Source of the DNA: Pseudomonadota bacterium
Lineage (GTDB): Bacteria; UBA10199; 2-02-FULL-44-16; JAAZCA01
Assembly (NCBI GenBank): GCA_043798915.1
Contig: JAZDOG010000069.1
Location: forward strand, 1 to 15,398
Reading direction: 5' to 3'
DNA: 15,398 bases
Shown here: positions 7,894-14,937 of the stretch, in pieces
Position numbering within the stretch: the stretch's first letter is position 1
How the letters are laid out: the number at the start of each line of letters is the position of its first letter
Made by a program: the position numbers and the translations under genes
The notes under the pieces: generated by a model
Seen by the model: the letters and a program-made list of their open reading frames with translations, nothing else
Told to the model about the DNA's origin: nothing
Database searches by the model: none

Positions 7894-10800
7894 ATGAGCA
7901 ATAAAGCGATTATTAAATTCAAAAATATTCTTGAGAATTATGCCGAAAAAGCGACCTCTATCTTTAAGCTACCAGTTTCTTTTAACCCCGAAGACCAACT
8001 CAAAAGTTTAGCGGCAGATATATTCAAACAAGGCGGAGAGCTGCTTGATTTTAACGTCAATGTTGTTACCGAAGTGACTCCTGAAGGACTTCATGGCCGA
8101 CCCGACATGGGTGTTACGGTAAACGCACTCCTTGCAGGGCACGTGGAGCTCAAGGCCCCGGGTAAAGGGGCCGAGCCGAAGAAATTCAATGAGGCCGACA
8201 AGAAGCAATGGGAAAAGTTCAAGTATTTGCCGAATGTCATTTATACCGACGGAAATGAATGGGCCTTGTATCGTAATGGCGATAGAGTAGGAAAACTTAT
8301 TAGATTTTCAGGTGATGTTTTCGTTGACGGGAAAGCAGCTGTTGATGAGAAGAATGCGCAGGCTTTGTACGCGGTGATAAATGATTTCCTGCGGTGGGAG
8401 CCTATAGTACCATCAACGCCTCGCGCGCTCGCGGAAATGCTCGCGCCAATCTGCCGGTTGCTGCGGTTGGATGTTCTCGCCGCATTGCAGGACAATAATT
8501 CGAATCTGAGTACCCTCGCAGTTGATTGGCGCCAATATCTCTTCCCCAATGCCGATGATAAGCAGTTTGCAGACGCGTATGCGGAGACGTTGACCTACGC
8601 CCTCCTGCTGGCGAGGCTTTCAGGGGAACGCCACATATCTGTCCCGAACGCTGTTCAGACAATCAAAAAAGGCCATGCCCTTCTCTCCGAAGCACTGAAG
8701 ATACTGGGCGATGAGGCCGCGCGAAAAGAAATTTCAATTTCGGCAGGTCTCATGGAGCGTGTCATCGGGGCGGTGGATGTGGCAGCCCTCACCAAGAGAG
8801 GCAAGGAGGATCCTTGGCTCTATTTCTACGAAGATTTCCTCGCTGTCTACGATCCCCAAATGCGGAAGTCACGCGGTGTGTACTACACGCCGGTGCCCGT
8901 TGTGCAGGCCCAAGTTCGGCTCGTTGCGCAACTACTTGAGGAACGGTTTAATGCCGAATTTTCTTATGTAGATCCTCGGGTGATCATGCTCGATCCGGCC
9001 GCCGGGACTGGAACGTATATCTTGGCCGCTGCCAAGTATGCAATTGACAAGATAGCCGATGCAAGGGGTGAAGGCATGCGGAAGCAGGCGGCGACCGCTG
9101 CGGCTAATAACCTCCACGCATTCGAGATACTAGTTGGCCCCTATGCAGTGGCGCATCTGCGACTCACCCAGCAAATTTTTGCGGAAGGCGGGACGCCACC
9201 TAAGGACGGCGTCCATGTTTATCTCACCGACACGCTCGAATCACCGGAAGCTGCCCCGCCCGGCCATCTCCCGCTAGCGCTGAAACAGCTGGGTGAGGAA
9301 CATCTGCGAGCCCAAGAGGTCAAGGCTAAGACGCCCGTGTTCGTCTGCATGGGCAATCCACCTTACGACCGCCAGTTGATTGGGATAGAAGACCAAGAGA
9401 TCGTACATCGCAAGGGTGGCTGGGTTCGCTATGGTGGCGGTCACAAGAACGACCGACCGATTCTTCAGGACTTCATCGATCCTCTGAAGAAGCTAGGGCT
9501 CGGGGCCCACGCGAAAAACCTATACAATGACTACGTCTATTTCTGGCGGTGGGCGCTGTGGAAGGTCTTCGAGAGTAAAAAGGGCCCGGGCGTCGTCAGC
9601 TTTATCACGGCATCGTCGTATCTGCGGGGCCCCGGGTTTTCTGGCATGCGCCGGGTGATGCGCGAGACGTTTGACGAACTGTGGATCATTGACCTTGAAG
9701 GAGATAACCTCGGGGCGAGGAAGACGGAAAATGTTTTTGCGATCCAGACGCCCGTAGCGATCGCGATTGGCGTCCGCTTTGGTGAACCAAGCCCAGACAA
9801 AATCGCAAAAGCACATTATACTAAAATCGAAGGCACCCAGAAGGAAAAATTCGACACCTTGAGTGGCATTGCTAAATTTGATGATCTTGAATGGAGCGAT
9901 TGTCTCTCTGGTTGGGCAGAACCGATATTGCCCCGGAGCGATAAAGATTATTGGCGGTGGCCGTTATTGACGGATGTGTTTCCGTGGCAGGAATGTGGGA
10001 TGCAATTCAAGCGGTCATGGCCTATAGCGGAATCAAAAGCTGTCCTTGAGAAAAGGTGGAAAGCGCTCTTAAAATCTGATGATAAAATACTATTATTTAA
10101 GGAGACGCGAGACCGTAAGATTAACAAAGAATATCCTTCGCTGACTCATTCGGGCGTCAAGCTGACAGCCATTTCAAAGCTCACACAGGATAAAGTCTTT
10201 CCCGATATCGTAAGGCTAGGGTACAGGAGCTTCGATCGCCAATGGGCCATTCTCGATAATCGCGTCGGCGATTACCTCAGACCGACGCTGTGGCGATCGT
10301 ATGGTAATCAGCAAGTTTTTTTGACAAGTCTTTTGACGGATGTTCTGGGTGAAGGTCCGGGAGCGGTTGTAGTGGCTTATATGCCAGATATGCATCATTT
10401 CTGTAATAGAGGCGCGAGAGATATAATACCACTTTGGAAAGACGCTGACGAATCGCGGCCAAATATAACACAGGGAATATTAGAAGCACTCAAAAAACAC
10501 TACGGCAAGCGAATCAAAGCTGAGGAACTGTTTGCTTACTGCTACGCGCTCCTCGCAACGCCGCGCTATGTCGAAACATTCTGGGATGAGTTGTCCATAC
10601 CCGGCCCACGAATCCCCATAACGAAAGACGCGAAGCTCTTTACTGAAGCTGTCGATCTCGGTCGCCGTCTTATCTGGCTCCACACCTTCGGGGAGCGGTT
10701 CGTCCCTAAAGGAAAGAAGCGCGGTCAGGTCCCGCAAGGAACGGCAAGGTGCAAGGTCGGCACCCCGGCGACACAAGAGGAATATCCAGACTCATATTCT

Positions 10801-11202
10801 TACGACGAAGCAGCGCATGAACTTCGCGTCGGCAAGGGTGTCTTTGAACGTGTCCGTCCCGAGGCGTGGCATTTCAGCGTCTCGGGGCTGCAGGTTGTCA
10901 AGTCGTGGCTCAATTATCGTATGCGAAAGCGCGCTGGAAAGAAATCCTCCCTCCTCGACGAAATTCGCCCAGAACGCTGGGAATTCGACGGAGAACTGCT
11001 TGATCTGCTATGGGTCCTGGATGCGACTGTTAATCACTATCCAGATATGGAGCGCATCTTTAAGGTGGTCCTCAAGAGTGCTCTCTTCCATGAGGGTGAT
11101 TTTCCCAAACCGATCGAAGCGGAGCGGAGTAATGCCCCTGCCGCAGTTAGATTTCAGGCGGCTGTGCGTGACTATATGCATAAGGCTGGTGATGATAATT
11201 AA
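7894..11202 (+). CDS. Bifunctional restriction-modification enzyme: PD-(D/E)xK nuclease + N6-adenine MTase + type-ISP-like C-terminal specificity domain (type IIG-like, no helicase)
   Basis: 1102 aa. N-terminal GRPDMGV...HVELKAP, YFYEDFL..YDP..RK.RGVYYTP, motif I LDPAAGTGTY, motif IV GNPPY (9355-9366), NLYNDYVYFWRWA and YRSFDRQW, plus C-terminal PRIPIT and W.FSVSG.QVVKSWL.YR. No Walker A or DEAH helicase motifs seen. Confidence 0.88.
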   Translation: MSNKAIIKFKNILENYAEKATSIFKLPVSFNPEDQLKSLAADIFKQGGELLDFNVNVVTEVTPEGLHGRPDMGVTVNALLAGHVELKAPGKGAEPKKFNEADKKQWEKFKYLPNVIYTDGNEWALYRNGDRVGKLIRFSGDVFVDGKAAVDEKNAQALYAVINDFLRWEPIVPSTPRALAEMLAPICRLLRLDVLAALQDNNSNLSTLAVDWRQYLFPNADDKQFADAYAETLTYALLLARLSGERHISVPNAVQTIKKGHALLSEALKILGDEAARKEISISAGLMERVIGAVDVAALTKRGKEDPWLYFYEDFLAVYDPQMRKSRGVYYTPVPVVQAQVRLVAQLLEERFNAEFSYVDPRVIMLDPAAGTGTYILAAAKYAIDKIADARGEGMRKQAATAAANNLHAFEILVGPYAVAHLRLTQQIFAEGGTPPKDGVHVYLTDTLESPEAAPPGHLPLALKQLGEEHLRAQEVKAKTPVFVCMGNPPYDRQLIGIEDQEIVHRKGGWVRYGGGHKNDRPILQDFIDPLKKLGLGAHAKNLYNDYVYFWRWALWKVFESKKGPGVVSFITASSYLRGPGFSGMRRVMRETFDELWIIDLEGDNLGARKTENVFAIQTPVAIAIGVRFGEPSPDKIAKAHYTKIEGTQKEKFDTLSGIAKFDDLEWSDCLSGWAEPILPRSDKDYWRWPLLTDVFPWQECGMQFKRSWPIAESKAVLEKRWKALLKSDDKILLFKETRDRKINKEYPSLTHSGVKLTAISKLTQDKVFPDIVRLGYRSFDRQWAILDNRVGDYLRPTLWRSYGNQQVFLTSLLTDVLGEGPGAVVVAYMPDMHHFCNRGARDIIPLWKDADESRPNITQGILEALKKHYGKRIKAEELFAYCYALLATPRYVETFWDELSIPGPRIPITKDAKLFTEAVDLGRRLIWLHTFGERFVPKGKKRGQVPQGTARCKVGTPATQEEYPDSYSYDEAAHELRVGKGVFERVRPEAWHFSVSGLQVVKSWLNYRMRKRAGKKSSLLDEIRPERWEFDGELLDLLWVLDATVNHYPDMERIFKVVLKSALFHEGDFPKPIEAERSNAPAAVRFQAAVRDYMHKAGDDN

Positions 11203-11483
11203 CCAGGTAAACCCCCGGCTCTGCCGGGGGACTCCCAGAGTTTGACATTTGCGGGAGTATGTATTTTTGACGAGCCTGTTATACAAAGTGGTCACCGTGT
11301 TTGTCATCCCAGCGAAAGCTGGGATCCCTGGTACTTGATGACATGGGATTCCTGCTTTCGCAGGAATGACAAACGAATATGACAAAACAGATTTTAAAGT
11401 TTTTGATTTTGAACGATTGCGATTAGGCCCCTTTGAGGGGCCAGCAGTCGTAAAGCCCCCCCGCTTTGCGGGGGGATACTTAC
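11200..11483 (+). mobile_element. Non-autonomous IS200/IS605-like element (both ends present, transposase absent)
   Basis: Left end TAACCAGGTAAA-CCCCCGGC-TCT-GCCGGGGG-ACTCCCAGAGTTTGACA. Right end GGCCCCT-TTG-AGGGGCC...TAAAG-C-CCCCCCGC-TTT-GCGGGGGG-ATACTTAC. Subterminal hairpins with no terminal IR and no target duplication. Excision rebuilds a site that matches 14833-14872. Boundaries are +/-1 bp. Confidence 0.72.
11299..11374. repeat. REP doublet (REPIN/BIME-like)
   Basis: GTCATCCCAGC-GAAA-GCTGGGATCCC (11303-11328) and an inverted partner (11345-11370; reverse complement GTCATTCCTGC-GAAA-GCAGGAATCCC). The outer IR extends to GTTTGTCAT/ATGACAAAC. Confidence 0.88.
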
Positions 11484-11520
11484 TCCGGGGACACGAGGCT
11501 TGATTCGTGGAGTCGCCGAT
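11484..11520 (+). repeat. Direct-repeat junction site, copy A
   Basis: TCCGGGGACACGAGGCTTGATTCGTGGAGTCGCCGAT. Positions 11487-11520 are 26/34 identical, ungapped, to 14839-14872. Contains CACGA-N8-TCGTG. Confidence 0.65.
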
Positions 11521-11584
11521 CCCTGGTAAACATTTGAAGCTCCTGATTTTCAGGATTGTTTGTTAGACAAAGAATAACAACTCT

Positions 11585-13162
11585 ATGCCCCTGCCCATCA
11601 ACATCCCTGACGTCCTCCACGGAAAAACCGTGGAATGGGAACGTCTTGAATTTAAGAGGGGATGGAATCCCGAAGATGTCCTGCATACGATGTGTGCGTT
11701 TGCCAATGATGTTCACAATCTTGGCGGAGGGTATGTTTTTATCGGCATTGAAGAGAAGGACGGAAGTCCTGTATTGCCCCCTAAGGGAATTCCTGCGAGC
11801 CAAATTGATAAAATACAAAAAGAGATATTGAATCTCGGTCATCATGCCATACAACCAAGTTATCACCCTCTGACGGCGCAGTATCAAGTCGACGGAAAAA
11901 ATATCATGGTTATTTGGGTGCCGGGCGGAGAAACGCGGCCATATAAAGCCAAGGCGAGTCTTTCGAAAAAATCGAAAGAATGGCGGTATTTTATCCGAAA
12001 ACAGTCGAGCACGGTCCGGGTAAAAGGAACAGATGAAAGGGATTTGATCCGCCTTGCCAATACGGTGCCATTTGACGACCGCTACAATCAATCGGCGACG
12101 GTGGAAGACCTTTCTCAAAGACTGATGGAGGAGTTTTTAAGGGAAATCGGCAGCGATCTTTTAAAAGAGGCAAAGAATCTTTCAATAGAAGCTTTAGGAA
12201 GGCAAATGAATGTTGTGGGCGGGCCGTCCGAGTCAATATTTCCTAAAAATGTTGGGCTGCTTTTTTTTAACGAACATCCGGATCGATTCTTTCCAGTCAC
12301 TCAAATTGATGTGGTGTGGTTCCCAGAGGGTGCAGGTGGGGATCGTTTTGAAGAAAAGATATTTAAAGGGCCTCTTTCGCGGATGACCAGGGACTCGCTC
12401 GCGTATATTCAAAGAACATTTCTCAAAGAAACGGTTATCAAGCACCCTGACAGGGCGCAGGCTGAACGGTTCTGGAATTTTCCTTATGCCGCGATCGAGG
12501 AAGCGATTGTCAATGCGGTCTATCATCGTTCCTATGAAGTGAGAGAGCCAATCGAAGTGCGAATTTCGCCAGAAGACTTTGTGGTTTTAAGCTTTCCGGG
12601 GCCGGATCGCTCAATTCGTATGGAGAGCCTTCGTGCCGGGAAAGCGGTCAGCCGTTGTTATCGGAATCGCCGTATCGGAGAATTTTTAAAAGAGCTGGAT
12701 ATGACCGAAGGGCGTTCCACCGGTATTCCAATAATTTTAAGAGCCATGAAGAACAATGGTTCTCCAAAACCTGAATTTGAGACGGATGAGGACCGCCTGC
12801 ATTTTTTGATCCGCCTGCCTATTCACCCCAAGGCAAATAAACCGACGGTGGAGCAATCAGGCGCACAACAAGAGTCAGGGGCCCAGTCAGGGGCCCAGTC
12901 AGGGGCCCAGTCAGGGGCCCAGTCAGAGCAGGTATTACATGCGCTTGAAGTATCCCCCTTATCTATGTTTGAAATCGTTCATGCGCTGAAGTTAAAAAGC
13001 AAAACTGGTGCGTTAAAGAGGGCGGTGAATGAATTGTTCTCCGAAAAATACATTGAATACACTATCCCCGACAAGCCTAATAGCCGTCTGCAGAAATATC
13101 GGCTCACGGAAAAAGGCCGCAGGTGGCTCAAATCCCAAGGGGAGATAGGCAGCAAAAAATAG
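11585..13162 (+). CDS. AlbA_2 (Schlafen-like) + HATPase_c_4-like + C-terminal winged-HTH protein
   Basis: 525 aa. AlbA_2 motifs EWERLEFK, CAFAND....GGGYVFIGI. RecG-C/HATPase_c_4-like motifs YAAIEEAIVNAVYHRSY and YRNRRIGEFLKEL.MTEGRSTGI. The C-terminal IEYTIPDKPNSRLQKYRLT resembles the HTH tail seen on Fic-like proteins. Confidence 0.87.
   Translation: MPLPINIPDVLHGKTVEWERLEFKRGWNPEDVLHTMCAFANDVHNLGGGYVFIGIEEKDGSPVLPPKGIPASQIDKIQKEILNLGHHAIQPSYHPLTAQYQVDGKNIMVIWVPGGETRPYKAKASLSKKSKEWRYFIRKQSSTVRVKGTDERDLIRLANTVPFDDRYNQSATVEDLSQRLMEEFLREIGSDLLKEAKNLSIEALGRQMNVVGGPSESIFPKNVGLLFFNEHPDRFFPVTQIDVVWFPEGAGGDRFEEKIFKGPLSRMTRDSLAYIQRTFLKETVIKHPDRAQAERFWNFPYAAIEEAIVNAVYHRSYEVREPIEVRISPEDFVVLSFPGPDRSIRMESLRAGKAVSRCYRNRRIGEFLKELDMTEGRSTGIPIILRAMKNNGSPKPEFETDEDRLHFLIRLPIHPKANKPTVEQSGAQQESGAQSGAQSGAQSGAQSEQVLHALEVSPLSMFEIVHALKLKSKTGALKRAVNELFSEKYIEYTIPDKPNSRLQKYRLTEKGRRWLKSQGEIGSKK
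12873..12926 (+). repeat. 12-bp in-frame tandem repeat (AGTCAGGGGCCC x4.5) encoding SGAQ
   Basis: Four perfect units at 12873, 12885, 12897 and 12909 plus AGTCAG. A degenerate SGAQ unit lies just upstream. Confidence 0.95.
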
Positions 13163-13204
13163 GGTAAGGTTTGAAGAATTACGGAATGTGCAGCGTAAGG
13201 AGAA

Positions 13205-13546
13205 ATGAAAATGGGACGGCATATCGACATCAACGGTTTGTCTGAAGACCGGCTGATCGAGCTTAACCACCGCATCATTGAAAGACTCAAGTTTTTATCG
13301 AGGACTCGCAGCGTGAAACAGATGGGCAAATTCAACGTCGGCGACCGTGTGTGGTTCGAGGGACACGATGGCGAAAAGATTCGCGGGATTGTTACGCGCC
13401 TCAACATCAAAACGGCGAGTGTGATAACGAGTGCTCACAGGTGGAACGTCTACCCGCGATTTCTTCATAAGGCAGATGAAGTTGACACAGACGATGCCGC
13501 AAGGGATATCCAGGAACCGCTTAAGCTGATAGAATTCAAGAGGTAA
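13205..13546 (+). CDS. Hypothetical protein, probable SH3/KOW-like beta-barrel
   Basis: 113 aa with an AAGGAG RBS. An N-terminal helix (LSEDRLIELNHRIIERLKFL) is followed by FNVGDRVWF...GIVTRLNIKTASV...WNVYPRFL. Confidence 0.75.
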   Translation: MKMGRHIDINGLSEDRLIELNHRIIERLKFLSRTRSVKQMGKFNVGDRVWFEGHDGEKIRGIVTRLNIKTASVITSAHRWNVYPRFLHKADEVDTDDAARDIQEPLKLIEFKR

Positions 13547-13659
13547 GAAATGAATTTCGGTTTCATGAAACAGAATGAGGCATTCAGGGTCTTTCAGAAG
13601 GGGCTGATACCGTATATTCCCCACGGCGGGTCGAAACAACAGTGACGGAAACATTGCAC

Positions 13660-14172
13660 ATGACGACCGATTATCAAAGGCAGCTGGAAAAAAGGGTGGC
13701 GAGGGCGGCAGGCGAGGCGGTCGATGACCACGGTTATGTCAGTGCGATCGAAGTTTTCACTGGCATCGGGTGGCTCGATCCGGTTCGCATCGCAGACTGG
13801 AGAAAAGGCCGGATACCGTATCTGGAGAAGGTCATCCAGACAAACTTGAGCAAGATATCCCGGGCCATGAAGTCGTTTCGTGCGTGGGCCGAGCGGGCGG
13901 GCCTCAAACCGAGCGAGACCGCCTACCTGGCGAGGACCTGCGGGCCCAAACGGCATCTTCGTTTCAGTATAAGCGGCGATCCACACATCGAAAAGGCCTG
14001 GCGGACGCACTTTGTTTCGAAACGCTTGTCGGAATCGAAACAAAAGCGGCTCCATGAACGATTGGGTTGTTTCACCGAACTGGTGGGCGGAAAAAAACAG
14101 GGTAAAGTATGGGAGGCGTTTTATGACTCGGATCAAAGCCGACATGGATTCCCCGGCGATGGATTACCGTAA
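13660..14172 (+). CDS. Conserved-looking hypothetical protein (C-terminus possibly read-through or degenerate)
   Basis: Start at ATG 13660 or GTG 13642. The protein-like core GYVSAIEVF..GWL....DWRKGRIPYLEKVIQTNLSKIS...LKPSETAY...LRFS.SGDP.IEKAWRTHFVS runs to ~14063. The tail overlaps the next gene by 50 bp. Confidence 0.7.
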   Translation: MTTDYQRQLEKRVARAAGEAVDDHGYVSAIEVFTGIGWLDPVRIADWRKGRIPYLEKVIQTNLSKISRAMKSFRAWAERAGLKPSETAYLARTCGPKRHLRFSISGDPHIEKAWRTHFVSKRLSESKQKRLHERLGCFTELVGGKKQGKVWEAFYDSDQSRHGFPGDGLP

Positions 14173-14397
14173 TATGTCGGATGAAGATTTATTCCTGCTC
14201 CCGCTGACGGAGGAGGATCGCCTCCCGCGCGATGCGGCGGACGAGATCATCAGGCGCGGCGATGTGAGCGTTGGCGCGATGAGGGCAATCATCGACGAGG
14301 AGTCGTTGTGGAAGGGCCGTCTTCCTGAATGGTGGGCAACCGTCCATGTGGCAGCGGTAAGAAATTCAAGAAGTGTTGTCTTGAAAAGTTGCACTGA
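14123..14397 (+). pseudogene. Internally deleted SEC-C-motif gene (DUF1186-like N-terminus fused out of frame to a SEC-C C-terminus)
   Basis: GGGAGG RBS before ATG 14123. The first frame reads ...MSDEDLFLLPLTEEDRLPRDAADEIIRRG...WWATVH. From 14341 a different frame reads RPCGSGKKFKKCCLEKLH*, a SEC-C motif lacking its first Cys. Confidence 0.75.
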
Positions 14398-14442
14398 CAG
14401 GCTTGAAAAAAGGGGACGTTCTCCGAGCCGCCCGCCCTCAAA

Positions 14443-14525
14443 GGTGCGAGCTGGCTTCACGGGATCCCCGCGGCGCCGCTCGGTTGCCACGATCTTCATG
14501 GCACAACCCGCGCCTCGGGATGACA
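14443..14525 (-). repeat. 83-bp extended REP-like element, right copy of the long-range inverted repeat
   Basis: Reverse complement is 75/83 identical to 7669-7751. Confidence 0.9.
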
Positions 14526-14553
14526 GAGGGGAATCCCTAGCCATGGAGTGATG

Positions 14554-14604
14554 GCGCATAAACTCGAAAAGAAGATCAGGGATGACTGGAAAACTATTGT
14601 ATAA
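14554..14604 (+). pseudogene. Possible 3' remnant of a type I R-M methyltransferase (HsdM-like C-terminal helix)
   Basis: Reads AHKLEKKIRDDWKTIV* and stops 6 nt before the RhuM start. Resembles HsdM tails, and RhuM genes often lie within hsd operons. Only 16 aa. Confidence 0.3.
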
Positions 14605-14610
14605 AAACTT

Positions 14611-14937
14611 ATGAAAAAAATACCAGATAATCAGATCGCTTTCTATCAATCTCCGGACGGCTCGGTAAATATTGAAGTATTATTTGCCGAAGAGAATATT
14701 TGGTTAACTCAGAAAAAAATGGCCGAGCTTTTTGATTGCTCGACAGATAATGTTTCACTCCACTTAAAGAATATTTATAAGGAAAATGAGGTTGATCAAA
14801 AATCAACTACCGAGGAATTCTCGGTAGTTCGAAATTCGGGGGGCACGAGACTGAATTCGTGGAACCACCGGTTACAGTATGTAGCTCAGGGCGCGGCAAT
14901 TCGTGACGGAGCAAGGAGCCTGGAGTCTATAATATGA
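14611..14937 (+). pseudogene. Truncated RhuM-family protein (N-terminal DNA-binding portion only)
   Basis: FYQSPDGSVNIEVLFAEENIWLTQKKMAELF.....VSLHLKNIY.E.E....TTEEFSVVR is the RhuM N-terminus. The expected continuation (EG.R.V.R....YNLDAII.VGYRV) is replaced at ~14833 by unrelated sequence. Confidence 0.8.
14833..14872 (+). repeat. Direct-repeat junction site, copy B
   Basis: AATTCGGGGGGCACGAGACTGAATTCGTGGAACCACCGGT begins at the point where RhuM similarity ends. Contains CACGA-N8-TCGTG. Confidence 0.65.

Noticed and set aside
7668..7904. Similar peptides in ORFs 7668-7904(+), 7646-7873(-), 14164-14649(-) and the tail of 14012-14551(+), suggesting a duplicated gene
   Set aside because: They are translations of the non-coding 83-bp inverted repeat.
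11008..11385. 125-aa minus-strand ORF containing VIPAKAGI...IPAFAGMT
   Set aside because: This is the translation of the REP doublet, not a protein.
11372..11425. NEYDKTDFKVFDFERL as a possible TnpA C-terminal remnant
   Set aside because: Too short, with no HuH or Tyr motif and no stop at the expected place. Cannot be supported without a search.
12873..12926. Tandem repeat as a CRISPR array
   Set aside because: 12-bp units without spacers, in frame within a CDS. No cas genes.
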